DNA from: Marinilabiliales bacterium
GTDB lineage: Bacteria > Bacteroidota > Bacteroidia > Bacteroidales > ML635J-15
Direction of reading: 5' to 3'
Length of the DNA: 64,000 bases
Assembly: GCA_002869385.1 (NCBI GenBank)
Contig: PKTB01000026.1
Span: forward strand, 8,104-72,103
The notes below the pieces were generated by a model, which did not search any database, was not told the DNA's origin, and was given only the letters and a program-made list of their open reading frames with translations. Positions within the stretch are counted from its first letter, which is position 1. Each line of letters starts with the position of its first letter. The translations under genes and the position numbers were made by a program. Shown here piece by piece: positions 12,307 to 24,188 of the stretch.

Positions 12307-13892
12307 TTATTGAATTGTAATCTTCCCAAACAACCTGCTATTTCTCAATCTAACTAAATACATGCCCGGCTTTAACCCACAGATGTCAATTCTGTTCTCT
12401 CCCGATACTACCGCTTGTTCGTGGATAATTGTACCGTTTGTGGAATATATTTCCAGCACATCATCCCCGGTTTTATATGATATATCAACATAAAACTCAT
12501 TTACCGCAGGGTTAGGGTAGCAGGGGAGTTCGAATTTTGTTATTGGTTGTGTTTGATAAGGCAAAATATTGTTAACCAATGTGTCATTGCCGAGGCTGTC
12601 AATTTTTATAAGGAAGATACGTTGCGGATTAATCCACTGTTCATTTACATCATCATATTCAATGAATTCTGCCCATCCCCCGATTGCAAGGCCCCCGTCA
12701 TCAGTAGACATAACAGCGTTGGGGTAGCTCACATTAACATAATCGGGATGCCCTACGGGGTACTGGAAATAATGCCTGGAAAAAACAGTGTCTCCATTTT
12801 CATACATCATGTATAGAAATGGGGTTCTGTTTGAGTAACCAGTTTCCTTTCTTGCCGTTCCGGTAACTGCAATATTCCCGTTTGGCAATTCACATGCTGA
12901 GTAAAATTGACAATATATACTGTCCCTGTAATCTCCCGGATCTATACGATGTTCACGGTATTTTTTATTCCATTTGGAGTTACCATCATTATCAATTTTA
13001 ATGATCCAACCGTCATAAGGGTATAAGCCTCCGAATGCTTCCCCGTAAGTATATGCCCCGCAAACAATATAGCACGAATCTTTCGTGGTTATTATATCCT
13101 GAAATGCAGGATTATCATAAGTAGTGCTGCCATAGAATTTTACCCATTGCTGATTGCCGAGACTGTCGGTTTTAAGAATGAAATTTCTATAGTTTCCAAA
13201 ATCATTTGTATTACCGATAAGAATAAAGCCACTGTCAGCAGCTTGAACTAATCTTGAAGCACTACTCCAACAGCCATCTGAAATATCCCCAAAACTGAAA
13301 GTTTTTGACCATACGGGATTACCGGATAGGTCTGTTTTATACAAATGCACTTTATTATATACTGTTTCGGGGTATTCAAAAGCATTTCTTGAGGTATCAA
13401 TACTTCCACAGAAAACATAGCCGCCGTCAACGGATATCATTCCAAAATTCCTGTCAGAAATAGTATCCAGGAACAGTTCTTTTGAAATGATCGTATCAAG
13501 GTCATAATTGTATACAGTTAAGTACCCTCCGATTGTAGCATCTGTAAATATACCTCCTGTCATTGCAAATGAATCGCTGTTTAGTGCAAAACATTTGTTC
13601 CATCCTTCATAAATATCCCTGCCTTCTTCTGCATGGTAATGAATCGTGTCTATTACCCCGAGGCTGTCAATTTTAACAATACAAATACCCCTGTAAACCA
13701 ATGTCCCTTCCTGGAAAAAAGAGGAATATCCCCCGATCAGGTAATAATTATTATTATGAGTGAACATAGCCGAACAAATCCAGTTTTCACTACTATTATC
13801 ATCAGTATTTATGTAGTTCCTGTTAAACAGAGTTTGAGATTTAGTTGATACTACTAAAAATAAAAGAGTTAATATTATTATTACTTTTTTCA
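12307..13892 (-). CDS. T9SS type A CTD beta-propeller-like protein
   Basis: Signal peptide MKKVIII, repeated K(T/I)DSLG..W motifs, YPNP CTD. Confidence 0.82.
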
Positions 13893-13906
13893 TAATTATA
13901 TATGAA

Positions 13907-13934
13907 TAACAGCATGGGATATTTCCCATGCTGT
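13907..13934. terminator. Intrinsic terminator-like hairpin
   Basis: aacagcatggga-tatt-tcccatgctgtt. Confidence 0.6.
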
Positions 13935-13951
13935 TAATATACAAAATTTAT

Positions 13952-16900
13952 TTACTGAACCGTAATTTTTTGTTAATAATTATTACCAAGTTTGATAATA
14001 TAATTACCTGCAGGTAGTTTTTTATTGTATGTAAACACACCAACTGCATGTGATAAATTTATTTTATCAATTAAATTACCGTTTATTCCGTATATTTCAA
14101 TTAACCTGTCCGTATCATTGTCAAAAAATGCATACTCAATATAAATAACATCAGAAGCAGGATTCGGATATATGTTGATAATGTCATCATATACCTCCGT
14201 TAACTGTTCCGTTCCTGATTTATTAAGAGTTGATCTGTCTTCAATTTCTGGCTCAGGTAGTTTTATTGTTTCATAATATTCATTTATTCCTGCTTCTGCG
14301 AGTAACTGGTTTGCCGTAACATATCCGAAAGAGTTCTCATCCGTTGCGATAATATTTAACAGATCCGTATTGTTCTCAACGGCATCTTCGTAACTGATAA
14401 TTCCGGATTCAATATCTATCATGATCTGCTGAAGATCAATATAATCTTCCATTTTTCCGGCATACTCAATATCTGCATTTTGTGCATATTGCCTGATAAT
14501 TTCCAGTGTTGCAAGTGCAGAATTCCTGTCATTTTCAAACCTGTTCAGGTTATATAAATGGAATTTTGACTGAAGTTTTTCTTCATTTTGAAGAAATTGT
14601 TTTAGCTACTGTCTTTCAGATGAGCTCGTATCTTTAGTTGCTGTTATATACATCTCGTTGACCACAAGACCGCGGAATTGTTTTAATTTTGCAATTTCCG
14701 CCTGTTTATTGTCACGAACATTAACACCCTGCTGGTTCAGGTTTATAATATGCTTAAGACCTGGATTTATATCCATGTTCTCTATTTCGCTACGGGCATT
14801 AGTCGGCAAAGGACTGTTTTCAAGCAAGGCATTTGCTTTTGCAAACTCATTACCTGAGTTGTTTTGCATATATGTAATTGCAACTTCATCAGAAATATAA
14901 CCGTCAAGTTCGGCAATTTCTTCTGCAATTTCAATACTATTATTATCAGCCATTGTTTCAACTTCGGATAAAAGCATAAAGGTATTACCGGCATCAGTAG
15001 TTTCTTCAAGTTCCGCTTCAAGAAGTAATATTTCTGTATCTATATTTTCAATAAGGTCTATTCTTTCGCTTACAATTGGTGTTTGATATTCTACAGCAGC
15101 TGTGCTTTTTATTATAATTCCGCCGCCACCTGTATCTTCTTCACAGTCTGATGATGTAAAATCATTTGAATACTCATACTCGGTCACCTTGCTTTGTGTG
15201 TAACTACTTGGAATACCATTTATTAATTCATCTTCTTCCAACAATGTATGAGCGTCATCCGCATGACTATAATAATCGTAATGTTGAATATTTAGACTAC
15301 TTACAATATCCAAATCTACATAAAAATCCCTTCCAGCATTTGTACCATAGTGATCAAAACAATTTCCAGCGTAATCACTGCCTGAACTTGCACCGTATTC
15401 ACCCTGGTATTTACGCATATTGCCGTCAATGATTGATAAAGCATAAGGAGAGGTAGAAAAGCTGTTGCAACGGAATTCAAGGCCATAATCACCTCCGGAA
15501 CCAGAATTAAAATTTGAGTTCTTACCTATAGCCACTGCTGCGCAGGCATTTGTAGCCCCTGTAATATTAGAGTAGCTGTTATCCTTAGCCTGAACAGCGT
15601 TTGGGCCCGTACTGTAGAACAGTGAACCGATTGTTCCGTTTGTGATTGTGTTTCCTTCGAATTTATAAACAGTATTATTAACACCATCACCGGAAATGTA
15701 TACGTTGTATTGTGATGTTATGTAAGGAGGAGGATTCGGAAATAGTTCTCTCTGGGGTGGAAGGAAACTGTAATCTCCATCGAATAGATTATTACTGACA
15801 TCCACATTTATACTTGTTCCAGTGTATATTCCTCTGAAATTATTTTCGAATGTATTGCTTGTGATTTCAGGTGTGCCTCCAGCAGTATACACAACGTAAT
15901 AATATCCATTTATTTCGCAATCATCCAACACAAAGTCTGATGATGCGCTTCTTATACACATACCTCTGTAATTTGCACGTAATGTGTTGGACATTGTATT
16001 TACAAATGATGAGTAAGTAATGTCAATCCCTTTCACCGAACTCATGTAAACAGCCTTGCTTGGGTATGAGCCGTTGTTCAGCACATCATCGTTTATAAAA
16101 TCAGCAAGCTGTATGAACGAAGCATTGTAATCCGGTAATGTCGGATGTGTATATTGTGCCATGTTTATTGATATATAATTGTTTTTAAATGTTCCGGCAT
16201 ATATCTCACAGATACCGCCACCTTCAACATAAACACCATTTGTTGCATTTGAAATTTCAGAACCTGAATCCATTCTTAGTCTACCCTGATTTGAGGTGCT
16301 TTGATCCAAAGCAGAATTTCCTTCAAGATAAACGCCTCCCCACATTACTGTTTCGCCACACATGTCCGCAGAAGTAAGTGTTGAACCTACCAAACGAAGG
16401 GTAGAACCTGTGTTTACAATCGCTTTTTTGCTTTCTGCAAAATGGAATTCCATATCATTGAGTTGTATGTACTTACAGGAAGGAATTTCAAAGTCATCCT
16501 CCAGATAAACTACACCTGTTTCTGAACGGAATGGGTTGTTGTCAACTCCCGGAGACCATGTTTCTGTTGAGCCAATAGTACTCCAATCAGGTTGTACGCA
16601 ATATACAGAAGGGTAGTTTGTGGTGTAGTCGGAGTCATCGATTTGGTGATTGAAAATGTATCTTTTAAAATCAGTTGAATCACAATCAATTATAAACGTA
16701 CTTTCAACTTCTAGTGAATTAAAACAGTTATAAGTGAAATTTGTCGTAGTGGGAGAATTTGGATTATTAATGCTCGTGTATGTACCTTTGTTGATATTAC
16801 TGTGATGGTTTAAAGCATACAATTTGCCATCATTAAATCTTTCAATTTGTGTTTGAGTATAATTGCCTATAGGATATATAGAGTATATTGTTGAAGGGAA

Positions 16901-18028
16901 TGAACTGCTGTTATTTATGTAGTTTCCTATATTTAAGTATTTTATACCATTTGAATTTTCATATGTAAAATATACATAATTATTATTTGGAGAATTTTCC
17001 ATTCCTATAACATTGTCGGTTGTTATTAAGTATCCTCCGTCACATGTTGAATTTGAAATTAAACTAAAATTTCGTGGAAACTTTAAATGATTAATTGTAG
17101 GATCTGGTGATTCTAGTGAACCCATAGATGCTGAGTTAATATAGTAAACAGTTTCATTATTAACTATAAGGACAGGATCAGGTCTTTTGGCTCCAAACCA
17201 TGTATCCAAATCCTCTGATTTATTTTCATCTATATATTTAGGTATAGTATTGAGTGTTGTACCAACTTGAAAAACTTCATATTCATCTATCCATTGTACT
17301 ACAAGTAGGTAGTCTTCTAATGTCTCATCATATGGAGTAATATCCATACTAAAACAACTAGCATTAGAACAGGCTGCTGTAAAAGCATCGCTACTTAGTT
17401 GAACTTGATTTGATATTTGAATTTCATTTTCATTTACAAATGTGATTCTCTTATAATAGATTCTGGGGCGTAACTCATTGCTTGCATCACCTTCTTTATG
17501 TAGCAATACATAAAACATATGAAATTCGTTGCATGAACCCGGCACTGGTACTATAATTATATCATTATGAAGTCTATATGATGTTTCTGTTCCATATGGG
17601 TCGTAAAAGTTTACAAGGTCTCCATATACTGTATGAAAATATCCTGTGTTTACTCCTGTTTCAAAACCAAATCCATTTTTGTTGTAAATATAGTTGTCAA
17701 TAATAAAGAATAAGATATTTCCGTCTTTGTCATTTACAATTTGATGTGTAAAAACTGGAGTAAAACCAGGGTACATGTGACTTAGTGTTTCATATCCATA
17801 TCCAGCATGAAATGACAGACCTGATGGGTTGTTATCTGTTAAAAGGTTAAAGCCGGGTATTGAGTTAGTTGTTAGTGTTGTAACCATTGGACTACTACTA
17901 TTATTCATGTTAATGTTTTCCATCATTTGTTTAGGGACAGTATGATATTTAGGTTGTCCATAAAACAAGCTACTTAGGCATAAGATTTGTATCAACGCGA
18001 TAGCTAATTTTCTTATTATTTGTTTCAT
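13952..18028 (-). CDS. Large T9SS-secreted protein (~1350 aa) with propeller-like and beta-helix-like regions; in-frame stops at 14606 (TAG) and 13973 (TAA)
   Basis: The two ORFs share a frame; read-through ERQ*LKQFLQ and NNY*QKITVQ; IYPNPAS CTD; Asn-ladder repeats. Confidence 0.75.
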
Positions 18029-18458
18029 TATATTGTTTTTGTATGATTATGCATTGTATTTAATTTCTGGTATTTGATAATAAATGAGATATCTTACTAA
18101 GAATCAGATCTTTATTTGAGAGTTATATTCTCATATGTATATTATATAGCTTTTGCGGTAACTACAGCTTATATTTGTAGTATATTTGTACTATCGAATG
18201 TTTTTTGAGGAGTGTGGGGATGCAAGCCCTGCGCTCTTCTTTGTAAAGATAGGAATAGTGCGTTTAATTGTTATAAATGTATCGATAAATTATACGAACA
18301 GCATAGTGTGTGATTTATGAGGGGGGGGGTAAGAGCTTGATAGTCAATGCGAAGAGTTGTTGTTGTTAATGTTAGAAGTTATACAAAATGCTATATATTT
18401 GATTTTATTATACTTTGATTATATATAAAACAAATAATGTTCGCTGCTTTGTAAATAT

Positions 18459-18499
18459 AAAAAAGGGAACACCTTCGTTTAGGTTGTTCCCTTTTTTTT
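18459..18499. terminator. Bidirectional terminator-like hairpin
   Basis: aaaaaagggaac...gttccctttttttt downstream of 18524..18859. Confidence 0.7.
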
Positions 18500-18523
18500 G
18501 ATTGTTACGAAAAATTTACTGAT

Positions 18524-18859
18524 TTATTTGGTTAAGAAATTGTAAATATCGTTTTTGTTGTTTTCATTAACTGTCATATGAAACTCGTTGTTTTTGTAAA
18601 CAAAATAATTGTAGTTTTTTCCTGTTATTGATTGTCCAGGAAAATTTGTAACATATGAACTTGGACATTTATACAATGTGTATTCATCTTTACTTATTAC
18701 TTTTTCCATTACAGCTACACCTGAAGAGGAATATGGTAATTGCTGTATAATATTGAATTGTGGGTCGGGATAATTTATCTTTTCATGATGTTTTCCGCTT
18801 GCAAATGCAGTGCTACCTAGTAACATAGTTGCTAAAATAATAATTACGCTCTTTTTCAT
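18524..18859 (-). CDS. Hypothetical small secreted protein
   Basis: Signal peptide MKKSVIII...AFA; followed by terminator. Confidence 0.7.
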   Translation of the reverse strand: MKKSVIIILATMLLGSTAFASGKHHEKINYPDPQFNIIQQLPYSSSGVAVMEKVISKDEYTLYKCPSSYVTNFPGQSITGKNYNYFVYKNNEFHMTVNENNKNDIYNFLTK

Positions 18860-19392
18860 AACAAATAATTTATTAGTTAATATTTTTTCTTTTTTTGTTT
18901 TGCTTGACGGATGACCGGTGACCGATGTCCGATGTATTTAGAAATTAAAACTTTGTTTTCGTTGATATTCATATTTTTTAAGAATCTTTATAATTAAATT
19001 TCTTTTACAAATATACGTTGGTAATCAGATGATTATGGTTAACGCAATTATAAATGATTGCTAAATAATGTTAAATCGAAAATAGCGTAAAATTATCTAA
19101 GTGGCAGTAAATCAGCGAAATAGCTCGTTTGATAGTGTGTTGTTTTAGTTAACAAGTGTTAAGTGTGTTAAATTTGTTTAACAGTTTATGCTTGCCTAAG
19201 TATCTTTTTTTCTAGCATCCGTCTTCGGTCATCGGTCATCCGTTAAACTTTATTGCCTTTAGTCTGAGCCCTATATTAATAGGTATACAATATATGCAGA
19301 AATTTTTTTATATTTGTATAGAGTTTGGTATGCAATTTGCATTAAAAAACACTTGTTGGAAATTAATTATTATTAAAAATAAAAATTTAGCC

Positions 19393-19815
19393 ATGAAAGC
19401 AAAAATTACAATTATCATGATCGTAGGAGCTGCATTCTTCTTCGTTAACCAATTAAATGCACAAACTGTACTTAATGCATCAAAGGTTGTTAAGTCAAGA
19501 GGAGTTTCTGAGTATGTAATCCCTTCTGGTGATATAGCAATTGAAAAGCCTGTATTATCACGTGGTGGCTGTGTTGTTGCTCTTGATAACTGGACAGGTT
19601 ATTATGTTGACATTTGGGTAGATAAAGTTTACAAAGGAAGACTTTGTCCATGGGAAAATTCACAACTTATCCTTCCTGAAGGTTATGCAGAAGTATATTG
19701 TCGTACAATGGGAGAAACATACCAATGGCAATCTGCAGGTGAGTGCAACGAACAATTCCAATTAAAGCTTGAAGAGGAAGTAGAAGAAACAGAAGGTTCA
19801 GGAGAGGACTTTTAA
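19393..19815 (+). CDS. Hypothetical secreted protein with two SRG motifs and an acidic tail
   Basis: Signal peptide MKAKITII...LNA; TATATTTG promoter motif near 19309. Confidence 0.75.
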   Translation: MKAKITIIMIVGAAFFFVNQLNAQTVLNASKVVKSRGVSEYVIPSGDIAIEKPVLSRGGCVVALDNWTGYYVDIWVDKVYKGRLCPWENSQLILPEGYAEVYCRTMGETYQWQSAGECNEQFQLKLEEEVEETEGSGEDF

Positions 19816-19829
19816 TTAAAGAAATTGAG

Positions 19830-19858
19830 ATGAGCATACAAAAGTATGCTCATTTTTT
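19830..19858 (+). terminator. Intrinsic terminator-like hairpin
   Basis: atgagcatac-aaaa-gtatgctcat-ttttt. Confidence 0.7.
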
Positions 19859-19897
19859 GCATTAACCCAATTGTTTAAAGACACAAAATTCAAACCA

Positions 19898-21919
19898 ATG
19901 AAAAAATCAATAATATTCTTTATTGTTGCTGTTTTTAGTCTGACAAGTGTATTTGCGGAGAAGTATGCTCTGATTATTGCAATTGGTGAATATGACCAAA
20001 GTCTAACCGGTTGGTACCCTATTAGTGCACAAAATGATGTGCCTTTGATTGAACATGCTTTAGCAGATCTTGGTTTTGAAGAGACAAATGTAATGTTTCT
20101 TACTGATGCTGATGCAACAAAAGAGGGTATTATGAATGCAATGAATGAATTGTATTCAAAAGTAGAACCGGGAGATCACGTTGTTATTCATTATAGTGGT
20201 CACGGTCATCAGATATTTGATGATAATGGTGATGAAATTGATGGACTAGATGAAGCATTAGTAAGTTATGACGCTCCAATGAACATGACCGAAGGTTATG
20301 ATGGAAGTCTGCATTTCCGTGATGATGAACTTGGAGAAATGATTAATAAGTTTCGAATTAAACTTGGTCCTAGCGGACATATTCTTCTTTTTCTTGATAG
20401 TTGTCATTCTGGAACTGGAACAAGAGGTGCTGCAAAAGTACGTGGTGGAGCTCCACCATTAGTGCCGGAAAATTGGACTCCTCAGGCGAAGTCAGATGAT
20501 AAAGTTGGTTTTGGAATTAATAGTGATCAAGGATCTAATGCAAGAGGTGTAAGCACAGAAAATCTTGCAAAATTTGTAGTTTTTTCAGGAGCTAGTGCAA
20601 ATGAGTTAAACTATGAAACTTATGATGATGAAGATAATGCAGTAGGTTCTCTTTCATATTGTATCTATAAAGCATTTTCTCAAATGCAGGAAGGTGAAAC
20701 GTATCGTCAGGTATTTGCAAAAATTATGGCAGAAATGGCAACAAAAGCACCTTTTCAAAACCCTGCAATTGAAGGCGATATAGATTATGTAGTTTTTGGT
20801 GGTGATTATTCTATTCAGGAAGAGTATTTTAGTTTGACAAATGTTAAGTCAGATTCGATAGTTGAAATAAATGGCGGACGTTTAGCAGGTATAAACCCTG
20901 GTACTATTATAGCTTTTGCTCAACCAGGAACAGCTAAACTTACAGATTATTCTAATGTTATTGTAACTGGAAAAGTAACCAGTGCATCAAATTTTACATC
21001 AAAAGTTGTTCTCGATAATAAAAACAAGTTTAAAAACGATCAAAGTGCTTGGGCATTTATCCAAACACGTACATTTACGGATCAGAAAGTTAAAATTTCA
21101 TTAGATCCAAAAATGGATGAAGATGTTAAAGTTGCTTTGGAAGACGAAATTGCACATTCAAGTTTCGCTACTGTAAGTGACGATAACCCTGATATTACGT
21201 TAAATTATAGAAAATCCAGAGGTGCTAAAACTATCAATGTAACAGATGCTCATTATAATCAGAATTTGCATAAAATATCAAATGCTGATACTAAAACTTT
21301 AAAGGCGGATGTTATGTCAACGCTGAACAATTATGCACAAGGTATTATAATTAAAGACATTGATTTCTATGATGAAAATTTTGATGTTGTTATGGAATTG
21401 ATTCCTGTAAAAGCAGAAATTTACGAAGATGGGTCATTTGAAATACTTTATTATCCTGAGCCTGAATCAATTTTAGTAAATGAAATTCCTGAGTTTAGTA
21501 CAAGTAATATGGCGCTTATAAAAGTGACCAATTATGGTACACGTAAAGCATATTTTAACATTATAGATATTCAGCCTGATGGGTTTATAAATCCTGTAAT
21601 TCCTACCGTCTATGATGTGGATGGAAGAGAATATTACCTTGAGCCTGGAGAGACTGCAGTATTGAAAAATACCTTAGTAATGTTTGGACCTCCTTACGGT
21701 AATGAGATTTTTAAACTTATTGCTACTGATAAACCTTTTAATTTGTCAGCAACAATTCAATCTCATGGAAATTCTACTAGAGGTGATGCTTCAAATATAT
21801 TTGAAAATGCATTACAGGTTCAGAATGGCCAAAACTCCAGAGGAGCATCAACCGTAAGTGCGAAAAAACGTGACGAAAAAATGTGTACATACGAATATAC
21901 ATTCAAGATTATTGAATAA
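19898..21919 (+). CDS. Secreted caspase-family (C14) peptidase with DUF4384-like C-terminal region
   Basis: KYALIIAIGEY, HYSGHG and DSCHSG catalytic motifs; signal peptide. Confidence 0.88.
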   Translation: MKKSIIFFIVAVFSLTSVFAEKYALIIAIGEYDQSLTGWYPISAQNDVPLIEHALADLGFEETNVMFLTDADATKEGIMNAMNELYSKVEPGDHVVIHYSGHGHQIFDDNGDEIDGLDEALVSYDAPMNMTEGYDGSLHFRDDELGEMINKFRIKLGPSGHILLFLDSCHSGTGTRGAAKVRGGAPPLVPENWTPQAKSDDKVGFGINSDQGSNARGVSTENLAKFVVFSGASANELNYETYDDEDNAVGSLSYCIYKAFSQMQEGETYRQVFAKIMAEMATKAPFQNPAIEGDIDYVVFGGDYSIQEEYFSLTNVKSDSIVEINGGRLAGINPGTIIAFAQPGTAKLTDYSNVIVTGKVTSASNFTSKVVLDNKNKFKNDQSAWAFIQTRTFTDQKVKISLDPKMDEDVKVALEDEIAHSSFATVSDDNPDITLNYRKSRGAKTINVTDAHYNQNLHKISNADTKTLKADVMSTLNNYAQGIIIKDIDFYDENFDVVMELIPVKAEIYEDGSFEILYYPEPESILVNEIPEFSTSNMALIKVTNYGTRKAYFNIIDIQPDGFINPVIPTVYDVDGREYYLEPGETAVLKNTLVMFGPPYGNEIFKLIATDKPFNLSATIQSHGNSTRGDASNIFENALQVQNGQNSRGASTVSAKKRDEKMCTYEYTFKIIE

Positions 21920-21941
21920 TGCAATTATTCATTTCATCTGA

Positions 21942-21973
21942 TAAATCCGGAGCAATATGTTTCGGATTTTTTT
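21942..21973 (+). terminator. Intrinsic terminator-like hairpin
   Basis: aaatccgga...ttcggattttttt. Confidence 0.6.
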
Positions 21974-22038
21974 ATTTTATTACAATAGGATATTAGGTTT
22001 AGTTTTTGTAATAAGTTAAAAAATACTAATTTTACAAT

Positions 22039-22497
22039 ATGAGATTGATTTTCTCGATATTCTTGATAAGTCTTGCTTCTGTTCTTTTTGCACAGGAAGT
22101 AGAATTCCCGTTTTGGTTGGAAGGAACATGGGAGATTCAGTCCGAACTAGGTGTGTCATATGAGCAATGGGAACGAAGTGGAGATAGTTTGTTAATTGGG
22201 AAAACCTATAGGCTTTTTACCAAAGATACTTTGGTTTTTGATACTATGAAAATAAAAACCGATAATGGTGTGATTTTGTTTGAAATGACCGCTAATGTTA
22301 AAAATACCAGAGTAATTGCTGGATTTTCATTAAGTCAACCTACACCCGAATTGTGGAAATTTGAAAACCCGATAACAGATTCCACACATACTATATATTA
22401 TTGGCGTATTTCTGCTGATAGAGTTTATGTATGGACAGAAACTATGGATTTGGACGATGCTTGTATGGACTTTGAAATGTACCGACAAAATGAGTAG
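22039..22497 (+). CDS. Secreted protein, DUF6265-like
   Basis: WLEGTW, EQWER and FENP motifs. Confidence 0.6.
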   Translation: MRLIFSIFLISLASVLFAQEVEFPFWLEGTWEIQSELGVSYEQWERSGDSLLIGKTYRLFTKDTLVFDTMKIKTDNGVILFEMTANVKNTRVIAGFSLSQPTPELWKFENPITDSTHTIYYWRISADRVYVWTETMDLDDACMDFEMYRQNE

Positions 22498-22957
22498 TCC
22501 TTTCCCTCAGCTTGCTTTTCCAAATTATGATTTCAGGTTCAAAAAGAATGGTGATAAAATATCTGTTTTTGATGAATTGAGGAAGAAATGGTTGGTTTGT
22601 ACACCTGAAGAATGGGTAAGGCAAAATCTTGTTAAATATTTAATAAACGAACTTAATTATCATGCATCTTTAATTGCTTTGGAAAAAGGTTTAAGCATTG
22701 CCGGTAGAGAATACAGATTTGATGCATTGGTCTATAATAGAGAATTTAAACCCTTATTAATTATTGAATGTAAGGCACCTGAAATTAAGCTTCAGCAAAA
22801 GGTTTTTGATCAAATTTGGGAATATAATCATAAGATAAATGCTCCGTACTTTTTGGTTACAAACGGATTAGGTTTTATAATGGGTAAAGTGTCCCAGCAA
22901 AAGGGAGTAGAGTATTTTAGTAAACCTGTAGATTTTGACGAATTATTAAGCTTATAG
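22490..22957 (+). CDS. Type I restriction HsdR N-terminal domain-containing protein
   Basis: RKKWLVCTPEEWVRQ, RFD, IECKAP and TNG motifs. Confidence 0.85.
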   Translation: MSSPFPQLAFPNYDFRFKKNGDKISVFDELRKKWLVCTPEEWVRQNLVKYLINELNYHASLIALEKGLSIAGREYRFDALVYNREFKPLLIIECKAPEIKLQQKVFDQIWEYNHKINAPYFLVTNGLGFIMGKVSQQKGVEYFSKPVDFDELLSL

Positions 22958-23452
22958 CTAATCAGAACTATTTTTTACGGACATTGTCTTCTTCTCATTA
23001 TTCCCATTTGCTGAAATAATAAGCAAGGAATCACCACTAGTTTTAAATGATAAGTCATTGATAATTGAAGGAGTAAATCTATAGTTCCAAATAGTTGAAT
23101 CTCTGTATGTATTTAAAAGTCTTTTACTTTTTGAAGTATCAGTAGCTAGGTAAAGCTGGTTATCTTTACCAAACGAGTAATTACAATAAACAAAATCAAA
23201 ATAAGTGTCTTTATGGTTTTCATAAATGAATGTTGAATCAGAGTTTAGGATTAAGTACTCACTTAGTTTTTCTTCGTTTCTATAGTATCTTATGGAATTT
23301 TCATCAGAAAGGTATTTATACATTACTTTTTTAGATTTTTGTCATTTATTATTCGAATTACTTTTAACAAAAAGTGTACAGCTCATAACAAAGGTTAATG
23401 CATAGAGCATTAGTAATAATGATAAATATTTAAAGTTTAAGAAACGTTTCAT
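22958..23452 (-). CDS. Hypothetical lipoprotein with in-frame TGA at 23342-23344
   Basis: Upstream in-frame MKRFLNF...FVMSC signal peptide joins ORF 22958..23323. Confidence 0.6.
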
Positions 23453-23656
23453 TTAATTTTTAGTTTCTGAGATATTTTGATTTTCGTTAATTATTGCGTC
23501 ATTTTCTGCTTGCTGTTGTTTTACTTGTTGATCTCGAACAATTTTAACACCGTATTCCGGGTGTATATCATCATCATCACCGCAAGAAGTAAACCCTAAT
23601 AGTCCCAGAACAGCAATAAGGATGCTACTTTTTAATGCTAAGAATTTAATTTTCAT
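23453..23656 (-). CDS. Small lipoprotein resembling the N-terminus of radical-SAM-associated lipoproteins
   Basis: LLGFTSC lipobox followed by PEYGV. Confidence 0.5.
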   Translation of the reverse strand: MKIKFLALKSSILIAVLGLLGFTSCGDDDDIHPEYGVKIVRDQQVKQQQAENDAIINENQNISETKN

Positions 23657-24188
23657 TTTTTAAAATTTGATAGAACAATACATCTTGAAATTCTCCATTT
23701 TGGAGTTTCCATTGACTTAAAACCCCAGATTTTTTAAAGCCGGCATTTTCAAACAACTTAATGCTAACGAGATTCTCTGAGTCAATATTGCACCATATTT
23801 GGTTAATTTCCAGCACTTTAAAGCAATAATCTGTTGCCAATTTGATGCTTTTATCTGCAATCCCTTTATTTCTAAACTCCTCCAGAATTAAAATTCCTAA
23901 GCCTATCCTTGAATGAAAAGGTTCGAATTCAAAAAGATCTATAATTCCAATGCTCTTGTTTGTCTCTTTTTCTTCAATGATAAGTCTTATCTCTTTATTT
24001 GCATAAATATCGTAAATTGAATTTTCGATATGAAGTTTTAATTGCCATTTTGAGTATGGAGATTTAGAATCACTAACAAACCAATAATCCGGATTATTTT
24101 CTAAAGTATATAAGAATTCCAGATCTTCAGGTTCTGGTTTTCTTAATTTGATACTTTCAGATTCTAATATTTTCCAAGTTTTCTCCAT
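23646..24188 (-). CDS. GNAT family N-acetyltransferase (RimL/SpeG-like)
   Basis: LRKPEPED, IGIIDLFEF, FRNKGIA and LFENAGF motifs. Confidence 0.88.
   Translation of the reverse strand: MEKTWKILESESIKLRKPEPEDLEFLYTLENNPDYWFVSDSKSPYSKWQLKLHIENSIYDIYANKEIRLIIEEKETNKSIGIIDLFEFEPFHSRIGLGILILEEFRNKGIADKSIKLATDYCFKVLEINQIWCNIDSENLVSIKLFENAGFKKSGVLSQWKLQNGEFQDVLFYQILKNEN

Noticed and set aside
10681-12610. Diversity-generating retroelement TR/VR pair in the near-identical C-termini
   Set aside because: Both copies are coding CTDs, differences are not adenine-specific, and there is no reverse transcriptase in the window
22490-22957. Type I restriction-modification system
   Set aside because: Stand-alone HsdR_N-domain gene common in Bacteroidota; no hsdM, hsdS or helicase nearby
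23377-23400. acagctcataac resembling an attC end
   Set aside because: It lies inside the signal-peptide coding region of a minus-strand lipoprotein gene and no partner site was found
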